A DNA stretch of 64,000 bases from Octopus sinensis (GCF_006345805.1 NC_043008.1:71858001-71922000), one strand, 5' to 3'; positions 14,275 through 30,140 are shown, counted from the first letter of the stretch. Notes: a model not told the origin generated them from the letters alone. Program-made: numbers and translations.

Positions 14275-14640
14275 AGTCATTAGACTGCAGCCATACTGGG
14301 TTACCACCTTGTAGAGTATTAGTCCGCATGAGTCGATCTCAATACAACTTTTAATGCCCTGCACTTAGCATATCGGTGTCGTTTCCCGAACTATTGGATT
14401 ACGGGTACGTAAACAAACTAGCATTGGTTAAAAAGCGGTGGTCAGGGAGAAACATACACACACACACAAACATGTATATATGGATAAATATATGATGAGC
14501 TTCTTTCAATTTCCATCTACTACAGCTCCTCACAAAGTTTTGATCGGACTGAATCTTTGTGCAAGACACTTCACTAGCGTTTTACAGCATGGGGCTGAAC
14601 CTGCAACCGTGTGGTTGGGAAGCAAACCTATTAACATACA
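14275..14640 (-). mobile_element. diverged SINE copy
   Basis: Both halves are recognisable against 52847-53246. Confidence 0.7.
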
Positions 14641-15714
14641 GTCACGCCTTTCGCCTATTCATTAGTGATTGTGTGTATATGTGTGTGAGCATATTACTAA
14701 AGTTTGCGTGTATATTGCCACATGATTAGTGGAGGACTAGAAGCACATAGTTACAAAGATAATTACACACAAACACATACAAACACACACACATACACAA
14801 AACACACACACACATATATATACACACACACACTCTTGGCCCAAGCCAAATCGCTTTTGTCATTACGTGGCAACAAATAACAAAGATTAATTGACCAGCA
14901 CACGACTAGGCCAATCTCATAAGTGCACCGTGATACAAACGCCAGGGATATTCATATTTACACACACCCATGCACACGTTCATTCACATACCTCACCTGA
15001 CATGCATTCATGCACATAACAGATATATACGCACAGACATACACGCATACCGCTTACACACACACACACGCAGACACACATTAGATAAATAAAACCCTCC
15101 ATCATTACCTCTTATTAATAAAATGAAGATACACACACATACAACAGATACGAGCACACACATTCACACACACAAACCGCATACACGCATAAGCACACAC
15201 GCAGATCAGTTACATACAAACACACATCACACATATGCACCCGCACACAAACACAGCTAGCGAGCTGCTGTCACTAATAAACCCCAGGCAAGTTTTTGCC
15301 GTTAACAACCTGTCCTATAAAGCTTCCCCAGGAATTCTAAACGGGAAATATTGTCGCTACCAAATCCAAACACGATGTGACTCCTTTGAGTATTAAAGCC
15401 CAATACTGCACCAGCCATTTTAGACAACCCTTAATTGGCTTTCACGGGCCTGATGATGTAGGTTCAGTTAATGAGTCTCCATAATTTTCAGATGGCTGAA
15501 GCTGAATCAATCTATTTCTGAATAATAGACACACAAGCCCGCGAGCGCACGCACACACACACTAGCCTTACTCTCATGAGGGTTCTGGGTTTTATATAAA
15601 CCTACATTATATATAATATAATATATATTTATATATATAGATATATATAATATATTATATATAATATATGCATACACTACACACACACCACACACACACA
15701 CTAACTCAAGCGAC

Positions 15715-15950
15715 CCGGTGCGTGGTTTAGTAGTTAAGGTTATCGGCTCCAGTCCACTTAGCTGGCAAAAATGAGTTGTACCTGTAATACAAAGGGCCGG
15801 ACATGTTACATTCTGTCTCATGCTGAAGCTGTTTGAGAACTACGCTCAGGGTATGCGAGTCTCTGGAGTGCTCAGCCACGTCAGTTTTACGAGTAGGTTG
15901 TTGTGTTGATCGATCAACTGGATCCCACGTCACCGTAACCTATGGAGTTC
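15715..15950 (+). mobile_element. tRNA-derived SINE, internally deleted
   Basis: Homologous to the reverse complement of 822-1130 (AGCTGGCAAAAATGAGTTGTACCTGTA..CAAAGGGCC). Confidence 0.75.
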
Positions 15951-16610
15951 CATTACAATCAAACACACGCACACATACACAATACATGCACATGCACACA
16001 CACACATTCATATTTAATTGAAATTGAAAGGATATCATAGTGTAGGAGCCAAGATGAAGCTCTATAATAACTGCATTACCAATTTTTTTCTAATACTACA
16101 GTGTATTATAAGCTACATTTCACATGGCTATAAAAATGTTTCCACGACTCAGCATATAATTAGTTTCCTTGCTGCTGTGGGTAAAATAGTCATTCACTTT
16201 GTGAAGCTATATAGGAGACTATCTATCTATCTATCACCCTGCCTTACGATATGACTTCATAAATGGCTTTGTATCTGATGTTTAAAAATAAAAATTAATC
16301 AATTTATCACGTAAATTTAATGTTTATAGCTTTCGAATCACTAATGTCTGTTTTATGAATACATAGATACGTAGACACATGTATATATTTATGAAGATGT
16401 ATATATTTTAGCTAATGAAAGGTTATTATATATGTATTAATTATACAAATTACACAACTACGACTAATTAACAATATGATAGCCATATGGCTGGCTACGT
16501 TTGTTTTTGCATGAAATTTAATAGCTGATATTAATCAGCAATTAATCATGGATGATTATAATTAAAGATCTGCAGATATGCGAGGAAATGCGCGCATATA
16601 TGCGTGCGTG

Positions 16611-16614
<4 letters not shown>

Positions 16615-16701
<87 letters not shown>

Positions 16702-16741
16702 TATATATATATGTATATATATGTATGTATGTGTGTATGTG

Positions 16742-16779
<38 letters not shown>

Positions 16780-16790
16780 TGTGGTGTGTG

Positions 16791-16883
<93 letters not shown>

Positions 16884-16915
16884 ACAAATACATATATAAG
16901 TATATATATATATAT
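16615..16915. repeat. (TA)n-rich compound microsatellite
   Basis: Direct reading. It is the source of several YI-repeat ORFs. Confidence 0.95.
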
Positions 16916-17980
16916 GTATGCAAATATGCATATGTGTGTGTGCGTCCGTGTGCATGCTATATGTACGCTGTGGGAACATTTAATTGTGCTTTCGTGCGCT
17001 TGTATGTGAATATCTTTACTCACATACATTTGTGTATTTGTAAGTAAATATATACGTATATATCTATGAAACAATATCTAACATGGTGAGTATGAATCCC
17101 TTATGTCGTACTCTACGCTTCAATATATTGATGTAAGTAAAGAAGCAACTTCCACTTATAAGAAGAAAATACCTATGGTCTCAAAAATATGTTAAAATAC
17201 AATCCCACGACTAACTATCTGTAATTCATAAACATTAATTTCATAAAGTAACAAAATTGTATATAGACATCAAATTATATACAGGGCTACATTATCTCTG
17301 TGTCTTTTCGTTTTCAGCCTATAATGTATTTGCTTGAGGTCAATTTTGCGCCTATTCCAAGCGTAAAGAAGACCTTCGTTGTTATGGAGCATACTTAATG
17401 CAAGTGATTGGTCGTATTTTTGGCCTAAGCAAATTCAAACAGCTTTTCTTTCTTCAAGGGTGTTTTAATTGACATTGGTGATGTCGATTAACTGTGGGTA
17501 GGCCTGTGATCAAAACCATTTCTGCAGCGGGCTATCCAGTATTTTTGGCGATATATAAATCTCCAAGACCTAATGCGTCTGATCTTTCAGATTGTTATAG
17601 ATTTTTGTCTCCGACAGAATTATGTACTATTTCTAGAAACCATCGCCTACATTGAGGCTCACGTGTTAGTTCAATGAGAGTTAAGTATCGTGAGGACGTC
17701 CGAAATTTAGATAAGCAAGGCTAGATAAGAATCAAATTTATTCATCTAAGCAGAGGTCTCTGTAGTTATGGATTAAAGACACGCAGGGAGAACACAATTC
17801 AACATAGGACGCATTGTATGAGAAGCTTAATAGATGAAATGTGTCTATTAGGATCATTGTTTTCATTTTTCATTTCCGACATTTAATATTTTTCTTTTTG
17901 TTTAAGATTCTCATTTTCTTATATTTGTAAAATCAGTTATTTGAAAATGAGCTGAAACTATTTCTGAAATATGTCCCTTG

Positions 17981-18029
<49 letters not shown>

Positions 18030-18625
18030 CATATATATGCATATACACATATAGATATACACGCATATATATACACATATATATATCTATATATATGTAA
18101 GCATATGTGTGCATATATATATACGCATATCTATCTACCTATCTGTCTATCTATTTATGCATCTATCTCTCTATCTAACACACTCTCTCTATATATCTCT
18201 CTCTATTTATATATACACACACACATACGCATACATGCATACGTATATAAATCCCTCTCTCTAGCAGTCTCTCTCTCTCATTCTGTATCTCATTCTCTTT
18301 CTTTCTGGCCTTTTCCCTATCACAAACAACCTCTCTTTCTTTCCCGGCTCCACCCATGTATTGTCTAACGCTTTCTTTTTAAATATCACTTTCAGAATCT
18401 AATCCGCATTGAGGACTTTGTGGAAAGAAAAACGAAATAGATGATTGAACACCAAGTTTTATGACATTTTCTTTTTTAATGTTCCATAGAATGGTTCCTA
18501 CATTGGCGTATATGGTCTTAATAAATAATTTAGTTATGCACAGTTTTAGTACTTAAATTTATTTATAAATAATACAAATTCCTATAGACACATATGCAAA
18601 GAGCGGAACATGCGGGAACACACTA

Positions 18626-18664
<39 letters not shown>

Positions 18665-19483
18665 TTATAAATTTTGTAGAATTTCTCCATCACATTTTGT
18701 GTGTCTCTATGCACACCACACATAGGAACACACACACTACACACACACTCATACACACACACACCACACATATATATATATATATAATATATATATATAT
18801 ACATCTGCATACACATATACATATATGTGTGTATATAGATGTATGCATATGCATATAAAATAAATACATATACGTGTGAATATATATATATATTTATATA
18901 CATATATAAGTTTATGTATACGTATGTGTGAGCACATGCATACATATCTATATCTATATCAATATATATATATATATAATATACACACATATATATATAT
19001 AATATTATATATATATTATATATAATTATATATATATATATATATAATATGGCGTACATTGCCACCCTTCACCATTAAATATAGTGATGCAATCAGAAAT
19101 TCAATGGTATTCCATGTAGCACTGCATGTATAACGACGATTCAACATTCGAATTTCTTACAGAATCACTACATCTAATGAAGAATACTAGAAATGTGTGG
19201 CTTTTGCAATGTCACTCTCCTAAAAAAAATGCTCCATTCTTCTCGTGAATAATAGATATAGAGAGTATGTATATTTCTTTCACTATATATCTAACGTGAT
19301 TTGTTTTCTTTGTAATAAACGCTCTTAGCTCTTCCTACAACAATGCATAATAGTCAGATATATATGTTTTCAAATCTCCTTTAGTTCATTGCTACACTTA
19401 TTTCGTTATTAATTATGAGTACTTTCTCGATCCCTCTTCGATATATTTACAGTTATACTGTTATAATATGTATTTGCATTCAT

Positions 19484-19521
<38 letters not shown>

Positions 19522-19542
19522 ATATATATATATATGTGTGTG

Positions 19543-19578
<36 letters not shown>

Positions 19579-20129
19579 ATGTATGTATGTATATATATAT
19601 ATATGTGTGTGTGTGTATGTAAGCATTAGCTGCACGGGCACAAACACACACACATAACAGAGTTATTAGCGAAGGATTATCAGTCTGGGCAAAATATCTC
19701 TGTTAGTACACCAGGCTAACAATAGTGTTTAGATTAGTAAAGAACACGACGTTTTGTGGCAAAGTCCGAAGTCATAGATTATCACAGTTCTAAATTGTAA
19801 ATCCATGGTTGTGTTCCAGCTATACTGGATTTTCCCGCATAAATCATGGTTATTAATTTTTTTTTATAATACAGCTGTTCCTAGTTGTCCTTATGGGTTC
19901 ATTATTGATAAGTTTACGCAGTCGACTTATCGATTGGTTTAGAAAATATGATCGACCTAGAAAATTAATGTTATTTTAGTCAGAGATTTCTGGTTATAGC
20001 CAAGCAGCACTCTGAAAGAATGGCATAGGTATTCGGAGGGTGCTAAGAGAAGTAATAAGAGTAAATTCAAGGTAAATGAAAGCTAAAGTGGAAAGGGCGA
20101 GAGAAATGATGATTTGGAACAGAAAGACA

Positions 20130-20284
<155 letters not shown>

Positions 20285-20292
20285 TATATACG

Positions 20293-20420
20293 ATGGGCCT
20301 CTTTTCAGTTTCCATCTACCAATTCCATACACAAGCATTGGTGGGCCCGAGGCTGTAGTAGATGACACTTGCCCAAAGTGCCACGCAGTGGGACTGAACC
20401 CGGAATTATGTGTTTGGGAA
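20293..20420 (-). mobile_element. SINE fragment (5' half)
   Basis: Matches 53098-53225 (TTTCAGTTTCC..GACACTTGCCCAA..GGGACTGAACCCGGAA). Confidence 0.85.
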
Positions 20421-20559
20421 GCAAGCTCCCAACTGCTTCCGTCCTGGAGTTCCGGTAGCCTCTTGGCTTATGAGATTTTTTAATGATTATATATTTTTCT
20501 GCCATGCATGATTTACATAGTTTTGTTCCATTTTGATAGGGTCCACAATTTTCTAGTAA

Positions 20560-21300
20560 TTTTCACCTCATGCTAAATGGTATATGATCGTCCTTTTGGC
20601 GTCATACGTATGTTTCGAGTGTCGTTGTGTTGCGTCTTTGTGGTTGTTCAGGCGAATTTGAACTTTGGATTCACATGATCCGACATACATTTTAGCGTGT
20701 GCCCCTGTGTTGGTATTGATGTTACTCATATTTGTGCTGCAACTGTTTGAGGCCACTTTTGCTTCGTACACTGTAGCCTCGGTGTTACGTTGGCAGTTTA
20801 CTGGATATTCATTTCTAATCCTGCATGAACAACCTGACTCTGTCCGTGGTTTAGGAGTGCTAAGTATTTTTCTTAACATTGGGAGCGCATCTGAAAGACA
20901 CCCGTAAATTATATAATGTTAAAGATATTTCTATATTTGTGTGATCACGTGAAATGCTTATCAACCAACCTAAGAAAAATCTTACCTACGTATGTCCGGA
21001 CGTTTAGAGAGAATTGGAGAGTGAGCCATAAGGTCTTGCAGTTGCATTTCTTTTCATAGATGCTCGATCATGGTGTATATACTATATGGTCCTTGAACCT
21101 GCTGGCCGCTAGTACCTCATTGTAAATGGGAGCCGCTGCGTGGAAAATATCTTTATTTGAAGATGAGATCGAAATCTCTTTTCTGATACATTTTATTAAG
21201 TTTTTGAACATTATGGGTGGGTGGCATGAGGCTGTATTAATATATGATAACCTATCATTCGGTTTGGGGAATGGTCTGTAGGTACCACTCTCTAAATCAA
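20560..21300 (-). pseudogene. Penelope-like element remnant (Neptune-type): RT C-terminus + GIY-YIG endonuclease
   Basis: TYRPFPKPNDRLSYINTASCHPP..ISISSSNKDIFHAAAPIYNEVL (21068-21300), followed by CSCR..VYEAKV..YVGSCESKVQIRLNNHK (20568-20879). Confidence 0.85.
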
Positions 21301-23219
21301 GCTTGGCTTCATATATATATATATATACGAATATGATCATTCAGAGTGATGCACAGAGGCACAAATACGCACCCATAAGTATGTGCACACACAAACCTTC
21401 CCGCTTCGTCTACGCACACATGCCAAAACACGCACACAGCTGCACTCACCCATTCAAACACCTTTTACTTGAGTTACTATATACTACTGACGCAACAACA
21501 CTAACACACTCAGACAGATCCTACCACACACACACACACACCACACACAGACGACTCAGATAGTTACTACCACACACACCACACACGCAACCACACCAAC
21601 ATACGCTACCACACACACTCATTTAGTACCAAACGCATGCATGTTACCTCACAAACACACGCAGTTACAACCGCAGATACGCGCTAACTCACACACTCAG
21701 ACACGCACCCATGCACATAGTGAACATAATGTCCCGAAAGCGACTTTCTCTTTCCACTTCGGGTCACTTCAGGAACGTAACCGCACGTGGATTGTTGGTG
21801 ACTTTTCTTTATTTTTCCTTCTTTCTCTTTGGACTTTCCTCTTCCCGGTGAATAGCTATGCTCGAAACGTTAACACCTCTCTCCTTTCACCTAGTGTCAA
21901 ATTAATATATTGTTTGTGCACGTCCTCACGCTCGTTTTTTCTCTGCTTCTTAATTGTTTACTCTTTGAATTGACTATTTAGTGCACTTTGACACGGATGG
22001 GCCCCGTCCTTCCCACTTTTTTGGAGTACCTGATTCACGGATTTCTTTCTACCACTGGATTACGTCACATTTTATTCAATTGGATTACGTCATTTCTGCA
22101 CATATATATATATATATATATGAACTGCATGCATACTATAGGAATATACACACATACACATACACACATACACGCACACACACACGCAATCATGCACACA
22201 CCACTTGAACAAGTTAAACACAAGCGTTTGCACACTCGCACACACACGATAGGCTCCCACACATGAACACATATTGAAAGAAACTGCTGTCCTCAGAACA
22301 GACGACCATATGGATTTCCAATAATAAGGATAAACGTTTTTCAGCACAATTTATATTAGTACCAGACACCAAAATAAGTACATTGTTTCCCTTTGCTATG
22401 TTTGTGGCAGAATGAATTTAGGAAAAAATACATATCTAAAGCCTACTATAATTTAAATAGTACAGAGGATACAGTGGGCGGGGGGGAGGGGTCAATAAAA
22501 GGGAATAGTGAGATATTTAATTTATATTTATCTGTATTTTATTTATAAGATTTATTGCAGCCTATAGTCTACAACCCTTTCGAGTTAAATCCATTGGGAG
22601 TTGACAGTTAAGTTCCAGTTGACAGTGATAAATTTATTAATATTAGATACTTTCCCCGACCCTTATTTTACTAAGACTATATATCTGGTTTTATCTACAT
22701 AAAAGGATATGTCTCAGAGCTGCTAGAAAGAGAATGGCTGATGGAGAAGAAGTGATGACTAGAAGGAGTAAGGACGAGGGTGGCTGGCAATATTTAGAAT
22801 GTCAAATAAAAAAGGGCATAAAGCGGAAAAGAAAAGGGATCAATATAAGGTTTAAGTAAGTATTTTCCTAAGTATATTGCTAAGGTGGTCATGATAAAAC
22901 ATGAGCAACGCCTGGACCAACAGTTAGTACATACATATAAACATATTTACACGCACACACACACACACACACACATACCTATATAGATGTATGTGTGTGG
23001 ATGTGTGTATGTATGTTATGTATGTATGTTATGTATGTATGTTATGTATGTATATATATATATATATATTCATGCTCTAATTATATCGTCTTGGTGATGT
23101 TATAGTAACCCATTAAACAATACTGTCTCAAAATTCTGGAGATGTTTCGTAATGAAACCTATATTTTCCTCATTTAATATATTAGTGATATTAGTGTCAC
23201 TTTGTACCAATACCACAAC

Positions 23220-23600
23220 TGGTTGGTTTCTTTTACACTGAATGCAAAAGACCTGATGGTATGGTAATTTGCCCTTCGATTAGAGAATAAGACTGTCTGA
23301 CTTATTATATTACTGAGGTGAATATTTGTGTTACAAAGTATGTCGTTAATTATTTCTGTTTGGCATGCTCTGCTACGTTATCAGCAGATCAAATTTCTCT
23401 TTCTATAGAATCATTATTATCTACAAGTCTTACTTTTCAGCCAATTGCTTCTGAAACCATTGGTGTTTGTGGTCTTTGAAAAGAATTGTTTGTATCTGAG
23501 TTTAGATAGGAACTTACAGAGGCAACTGGGAAATGGCAAGAATGCTTCCATGTCCTTTCTTGTCTCCTCTAATCTATTTACAAATATTTTTTATTATTAT
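23220..23600 (+). pseudogene. degenerate CRE-type non-LTR retrotransposon REL endonuclease fragment
   Basis: Reads ECKRPDGM...FQPIASETIGVCGL*KELFVSEFR*ELTEATGKWQECF, matching the GKRPDG..PIAxETxGxxG..ELG..TG..E pattern of CRE-like REL domains. Several stops are present. Confidence 0.7.
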
Positions 23601-24660
23601 TTGTTCCTATACTTTCTACAAACTGTCAATATAAAACTACCAATGGGATGTGAGACGTGGTGAATAATTCAACACTAACATTTTATTTGGCAATAAAGAA
23701 AGAAAAACTATGCAAGCATTGATAAATTAGAATCTAAAGACATTTACTCAGAGATTTAGATTTTTGCATATATTACTGTTTCTTTGTAGAAGACGTAAAC
23801 TTCATAAATATACTGTGTCCTTCCTCACTAGAACATCGTGGGCTTCATTTCTAAATAAGGAAAGAATATGATTAATGCGACGCCTTTCGCAAAGCTGCAT
23901 TATTAATCTGCAAATGGTTTTTTGAAATATACTAAGTAATGCATTCTCAGATAGACATCTACATAATTCCAGGCATATACATATATGTGTGTGTTTGTTT
24001 GTTTGTGTGTGTGTGTGTGTGTATGTGTGTATGTGTGTGTATGTGTGTGTTTGTGTGTGTAAATGTATATATATAAAAATATCTAACTTGGAGAAGACGA
24101 CGACGCGTGTGTTCGATCATATAATATATATATATATATAACAATATTTGACTACACCTATATACACACGTTAAAACATATATATATATATATATATGAA
24201 GGCATACAATTTATGTGTATATATACATAGGTGCGTGTGTGTATGTGTGTGTAAATATGTATATGTCTCTGTGTGTGTGTATATATACATTAATACATGC
24301 ATACATACAAACATAAATATTACATTATACTTGCAATGTAAATAAGCATCGTAGATTCATTACAAATTGTTTTCTCTATTTTCTGTTCGGTTTGATAATC
24401 TTTCTCCTCATTGATAAAGCACAAACCTAAGACTTCTTTACGTTACATTCAGTGTTGTATTTATTTCAATTGTACATTTCATTGGCGGTTGCATTTCCAG
24501 TACATATTTTGACTTATTTTCAATCACAAATTTTCACTTGTTTTCCTTGCCACATAATCTTACTCATGGAATTTGTGTTACATTTTCTCATCTGTCCATC
24601 CATGTATGAATCTTTTTACCTATCAAAATCCATATTCATCTACCTATCTCTCTCTTCTCA

Positions 24661-24691
<31 letters not shown>

Positions 24692-24703
24692 ATATATTTA
24701 CAC

Positions 24704-24768
<65 letters not shown>

Positions 24769-25772
24769 TGCATATGTAGACACACATATACATATACATA
24801 CACCTACATACATGCATACATAAATACACAAATACCTACGTATATACATATATATATATACATACATACGTACATACGCACACCACATATCCGTATATAT
24901 ATATATATATATATAATATTATATAGACAGAAATGAATGTATCTGTATACACAAAAAAATTCTACTCATACTGATTATGAATCATAATTAAGTGTTTAAT
25001 AACACACATTTTATCGTCGAAATTTTATAGTATCTACAGACAGAATTAATCTTTTCTATGGAACCTGTTTTGAAACTGGTTATCCTTCTTGTCGGGGCGC
25101 TGGGTACAGCACAGAGCAATGATATCGCAAAGATATACAAATATTTTGTTTTGTTTGTGTACATTCTTGTTCAATGGCCGCCTTAAATTCGTCGAGCGTT
25201 GCCAGTTTTGTACCGTAAATTTCTTTAACTGAGACGATTCTTTCTCTCTCTTTCTTCTTTCTTCCTTTCTTTCTGTCTTTCTTTCATTCTTTCATTCTTT
25301 CTTCCTTTCTTCTTACTTTCTGTCTTTCTTTCTTTCTATCTCACTCTGGTTCTTGTTCTCTCTCCCGCTCCCTCTTTCCCTCTCTCCCCTCTCCCCTCTC
25401 TCCCTCCCTCTTTCACTCCTCCTCCCTCCTTCCCTCTCCATCTCCCTCTTTGTGGTGCTCAAAGGTATCCGTAGTCTTTCGGAAAGTTTCTTGTGGTTAT
25501 TCGGGAAAGTTCCCTCGGTTTCAGGCTTATCTCCATTCCAAGTGATGATAAATCGGTTCAGTGAATTTGCTAGAAATTCCATCTTAAACTCTGCTGGCAT
25601 TTCAACCCCATTTGCAAAACCTGTAGCATCTTAAGCTATATTTCTTTTGTTCAAAGCTTAGTTTTATTCCCTTCGTTACTTGCAGTGTCTTAAATCTCCA
25701 CTCAGAATGGAAAATGGAGTGAATTATCAGGTATTAAAGTTTGTATAGACCTTTGCGACACTAATATATATA

Positions 25773-25826
<54 letters not shown>

Positions 25827-25989
25827 GTGTGTGTGTGTGTTGGGTGGATTGTGGGTGTGTGTGCATGCGTGTTTGCGTTTGTGTGTGTATGTTTGTGTAT
25901 ATATCTATATATATGTACATGCATGCATACATATAAATATATACATACATACACACATACATACATATGCGTGTGTGTGTCAGTGTGTA

Positions 25990-26116
25990 CGGCAACCCCC
26001 TTTTTCCGTCGAGCGCTTATATGACCCAATATTAGACTACTTACCTTAGTCAATGAACGGTGATCACTTATAAGCTTTAAGCTTATAAAATATTATCATT
26101 ATTATTATTATTATTA

Positions 26117-26160
<44 letters not shown>

Positions 26161-26460
26161 TTGAAGTTGTAAAATTTGACACTACTTACCAGATAATCGT
26201 TGAAAACGAACATGGAAAGTTTGTTTACACAAAACAACACTATGAAACTATAGTTCGTAAATCAGAGGGGAATGTATCAAGTGTACGTTAGTGTAAACTC
26301 AGCACTCTTGTCCCGAATGCATGCAGGAGTCCCGTGTGTGAAGCAAGCTCTATTTTCTTTTCTTTTCTGTTGAGGGCTTATATACCCCAATATTAAACTA
26401 TTTACCTTAGTCAATGCACAATGATTTCTTATAAGCATTCAGCTTATAAGCTATTATTAT
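25990..26460 (+). repeat. two diverged ~110-bp direct repeats (25990-26098 and 26350-26460)
   Basis: Shared text: GCTTATAT..CCCAATATTA.ACTA.TTACCTTAGTCAATG..C..TGAT..CTTATAAGC.TT.AGCTTATAA. Confidence 0.75.
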
Positions 26461-27448
26461 TTACACACACACACATATAAATATATATTTTAGAGATGAG
26501 AAAATAAATTACCAACGCAGTATAAATGCGAAAACAACAGAGAAAAACTGGGTATTTACCCTTAGAAGACGGAAAAAAGTTGTCAGCGGCTGGCAACTAT
26601 TTTCCAGCTTGTAAAGGTAAATAATTACTCTTTCTCTGCTGTTTTCAGAGTTATAATATCTTCGATATTTACTTTCTTGTCTGTATACTACCGACACATT
26701 CAGCGCTCCCAACTTTGTTTAGAAGATATAATATATGTATGTGTGCGCGCGTATGCATGTGTATTTATGTATATATGCACACACTCCCACACACACACAA
26801 GTGTGTGTGTGTACACAGATAGTTACACCTATAATTATTAAAAACAATGGATATTTTTAATTTGTAGGTAAAACTACCTGTTAGATATCCGTTTTGTTTC
26901 TCCTTTTCTTTTGGTGAATTTAAATAACAGAGTTATAGAGAGCCAGTGGAGATCAGACTTCAAGCTCAGCAAATGTCTGTTATAAGTACTTCAGAAAATA
27001 GAATAAGTTTATAGGTCAACAATGTATGTGACCACAAGATACATTTTCAGAAAAAATTTAATGCCATAACTGCTTATTTGTTACGGATTCAAAACAAATT
27101 TGTATTTACTGTTTTTCGTGATTGCTACCGTTGCTGTTGCTGCTTTGCTTTTCAGTCCTTTATTTACATATTTCTAACTTGCAACTTCTACTTTAAGTTA
27201 ATTGGACTGCGCCATCGGGAGAAGCCTTTTGGATAAGGACATTGCATTATGCTATGATACACATAGAAACGCGTGAGACTGCGTACTATTTTTAAACACA
27301 CACATACATACTCTTCTGATAAGTATAAATAAATAGAATACGATATAGATGTAAAGATACATACTTATATTTAAATACATATTGATCTCTACTGATATAT
27401 CCATACCTTCATATACGTACATATAGTCTACTTTTCGATATACATATA

Positions 27449-27511
<63 letters not shown>

Positions 27512-27519
27512 TTTATATA

Positions 27520-27986
27520 TATATATATAAAATACAAAAACTAGGAAAAGAACGCAGCACATCCAGACAGTTAGGTGAAACAAAAAAGGGATAACAAAAT
27601 ATCCAGAAAGATGATACAAAGAAAACAAGGACGGATCATTCTGAGTTTTCTATCCGCAGTCGAATTCCAGATTTTCTTTTCAATTTCGGCTTGTTATACT
27701 CGAGATTGCTCCAATCTGGCCAGCTCAAAGCAAAAAATAAGCTAAGAGCATTACATTCCTTGGAAAAAAGCAGCGAATGTATACGAAAATAAAGACGGAA
27801 AAAAACAGACAAACGTTACACAAATACAAATAACAGGACATAACAAGTGTCTTTCGACTAAGGATGAATTAAATAAATGTATATATATATATATAATATA
27901 TATATATATATATTATATATATATATATATAAGTACACATATATATATGAACATATATACATATACGCAAACAGACATATATATAT

Positions 27987-28024
<38 letters not shown>

Positions 28025-28560
28025 GGAAGAGTTTACGAAAAAGCAAAAGACGAAGACATGTGGTGTACATAACAAACAGATGTATTAGTATAACGCTCAG
28101 GAATAGAAGAAGTATTTTAAGTTTCGAGCCTACGCTCTTCTACAGAAAGGGACACAGAGAAAACAAGTAGAGAAACAAGGAGAGAAAAAGAAAAAAAAAT
28201 ATATATCAATCTCAATAATTATATTTCTAAAGACAAAACAATACAAGTTATCAAAAATTAATAATACCAATTATAATAGCTTCTTTTATCCTCAAGTTTC
28301 CAATATAACATTTTGCATGTTCAATGAAAACCTGGATGACTTTCGTGTGCAATTTGCAGAGGTGACTTTTGACAGAGGAATCATTAGCATAGAAAGTAAA
28401 TACATTGGATTATCTTATCTGATATACTTCAATTGTAGAATTCCTTACATTTGCAACACGGCAATATACGTAATGGTATTGTTTTGTCTTGGCCAGTTTC
28501 ATGTAGAGAACTCTGTGGGGAAGGTGTGGAGTATATCGCTCGTATATTCAATCGCCTCTT
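27520..28560 (-). mobile_element. Penelope-like (Poseidon-type) 3' end remnant with degenerate hammerhead motif
   Basis: The minus strand at 28115-28150 reads CTGTAGA-A-GAGC-GTAG-GCTC-GAAAC. The upstream minus frame reads CCKCKEFYN*, a weak GIY-YIG match. Confidence 0.5.
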
Positions 28561-28638
28561 CACTACAGCAAAAAGTATTAAGTTTACAATATCTTTTCTA
28601 TTTTTAAGTATGTATGTATATATTTAAATATGTATAAT

Positions 28639-28687
<49 letters not shown>

Positions 28688-29930
28688 CATAGAATTATAC
28701 TTATTTACACACACACATACACACATATATATATACATACACAAAAATATACGGGCAAACACGTAGGTGGTAGCAACAAAAATTATTGACTTTACAAATT
28801 ACGTTACAGAAAATAGTAAACACTAGCGATTTGTGACAGAATTATTGCGAAAATTTTAATCATAATGAAAACAAAAAGAAAACAAACAAACAAAAACAAA
28901 AGCCACTATTTATCAGAGTTAAGAATTGTTTATTAGCTATAGAATTATGAGACAAATTTAAGACGAAAACGAAATAAGCTACGTATAGTTATATCTCAAA
29001 TTTGTTTCTTTCAGAGTTTAAAACCATCGTACATACGCTGGATAAAACCATCTTCATTATATTTTTGAGTGATCACTTTTTATTCTTCTTCGATATCTAC
29101 CTTCCATAAATAATAGTTCTCAACTTAAGAAATGTTGTCTACACAACAATGAATGGTTCACGTTTGTTTGGTCAATATCTATGACAAGGTCAACACCTTT
29201 ATTAAATATAAAAGTACTTTTGGCTAGATTGTCATTGACATGCAAAATGTATGCCATTGTGAAAGCGTTGCGAACACCATAAAAGTCTGAAATGTTGTGT
29301 GTGTTTGTGATTTAGTGGTGCAACAGTAATATATTTAGTGTTTTCAAAGCAGTTCCTACTAGAATTATCTTTTGAAGATGTTACGCTGGGACCTGAAAAC
29401 GGCTACATTCTAGCAATTAACTTTTGATCTTCGCTGATAGGTCTGCTGCATAACTGTTTACTAGAGCCTAAGAATGCCCATTCCATTAGGAATGGAGTAA
29501 GAGAGTAAGAGAGTTAGCCTCTGTGTTGTTCTTTAAATTGCTAGAAATATCATTTGAATCTCACAAAACAGTCTAAAATATACGTTGTACATATTGTACA
29601 TTGCAATCATCGATATAGCAAAAGAGATAAGATAGTTTGCTCCGATAATTTACTCGAGATGTGAATCATAGCTAAGCAGATTTTACACAACCAATGTCAT
29701 ATTTACAATGTAAAACAGCACTTTCTCCTGTCAATGAATAAATATATCAAAGATAGGTGCGAAACCAGCACATTTCAAACCCCAAACAATTGATTTCGTA
29801 ACAAGAGATAGAAAAATAAATGTGTTTTGAGCCTTGGCGCTGAAGACGCTCGTTAAATCGTGAATCAAAACTGGAAGAGAAGAAAAATAGTCAGAGCCAT
29901 TCTGATGAACAAAACTAATTGAATAACAGC

Positions 29931-29972
<42 letters not shown>

Positions 29973-30140
29973 CAGGGTCTCCTAAGGAAATGATTTTACT
30001 TAAATAATTTTAGGTTTTACATACTATGAAGGAAACGAGAACCTCGCATATCTTTACACGTCCCTGCCTACATACATACATATTTACAACTTCTACCCCC
30101 CCCCACACGCACGTATATATGAATTCATATTTATAGGTAT

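Noticed and set aside
18395-18442. Possible terminal exon (TTTCAG|..NLIRIEDFVERKTK*)
   Set aside because: It is too short, and no partner exons are identifiable.
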